Below are positions 63,900 through 63,919 of a stretch of 63,919 bases of DNA, piece after piece. How positions within the stretch are numbered: position 1 is the stretch's first letter; the number at the start of each line of letters is the position of its first letter. Below the pieces are notes generated by a model. That model saw only the letters and a program-made list of their open reading frames with translations, searched no databases and was not told the origin of the DNA. Source of the DNA: Chara braunii (Eukaryota > Plantae > Charophyceae); the NCBI GenBank assembly GCA_003427395.1, contig BFEA01000045.1:1617264-1681182 (forward strand), given 5' to 3'. Position numbers and translations under genes: made by a program.

Positions 63900-63919
63900 T
63901 ATGTGTGTGTGTGTGTGTG

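Overview
Repeat-saturated eukaryotic DNA, most likely a plant or streptophyte draft assembly, with four N-gaps and one Nextera mate-pair adapter artefact. No intact host gene is recognisable. The layout has four parts. (1) A ~120-bp G-rich satellite at 130-3295. (2) A probable ~31-kb DNA transposon bounded by 31-bp inverted repeats (3312-3342 / 34234-34264). It carries a Ulp1/C48 SUMO-protease pseudogene at the left and a Sola-like/DUF7869-type DDE transposase pseudogene at the right, with other elements nested inside. (3) Two diverged members of one Athila-like LTR-retrotransposon lineage with giant LTRs. Element A is on the + strand: 5' LTR 39461-48806 (~9.3 kb), tRNA-Asp PBS, a 3.4-kb decayed interior and a truncated 3' LTR at 52179-~60426. 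Element B is on the - strand: 3' LTR ~24663 to 13190 plus an interior remnant. (4) A TA-flanked MITE at the right end. The most striking signal is inside the giant LTRs, where A and B share one architecture: an antisense multi-exon unit, a conserved covarying hairpin followed by a splice donor, an array of 13-17 regularly spaced hairpins separated by variable linkers, about 2 kb of further sequence, and a conserved structured block at the LTR end. The array hairpins are unrelated in sequence between A and B, but both show compensatory changes and G-U pairs on the element's sense strand. All alignments and counts were made by eye; no searches or folding programs were run.
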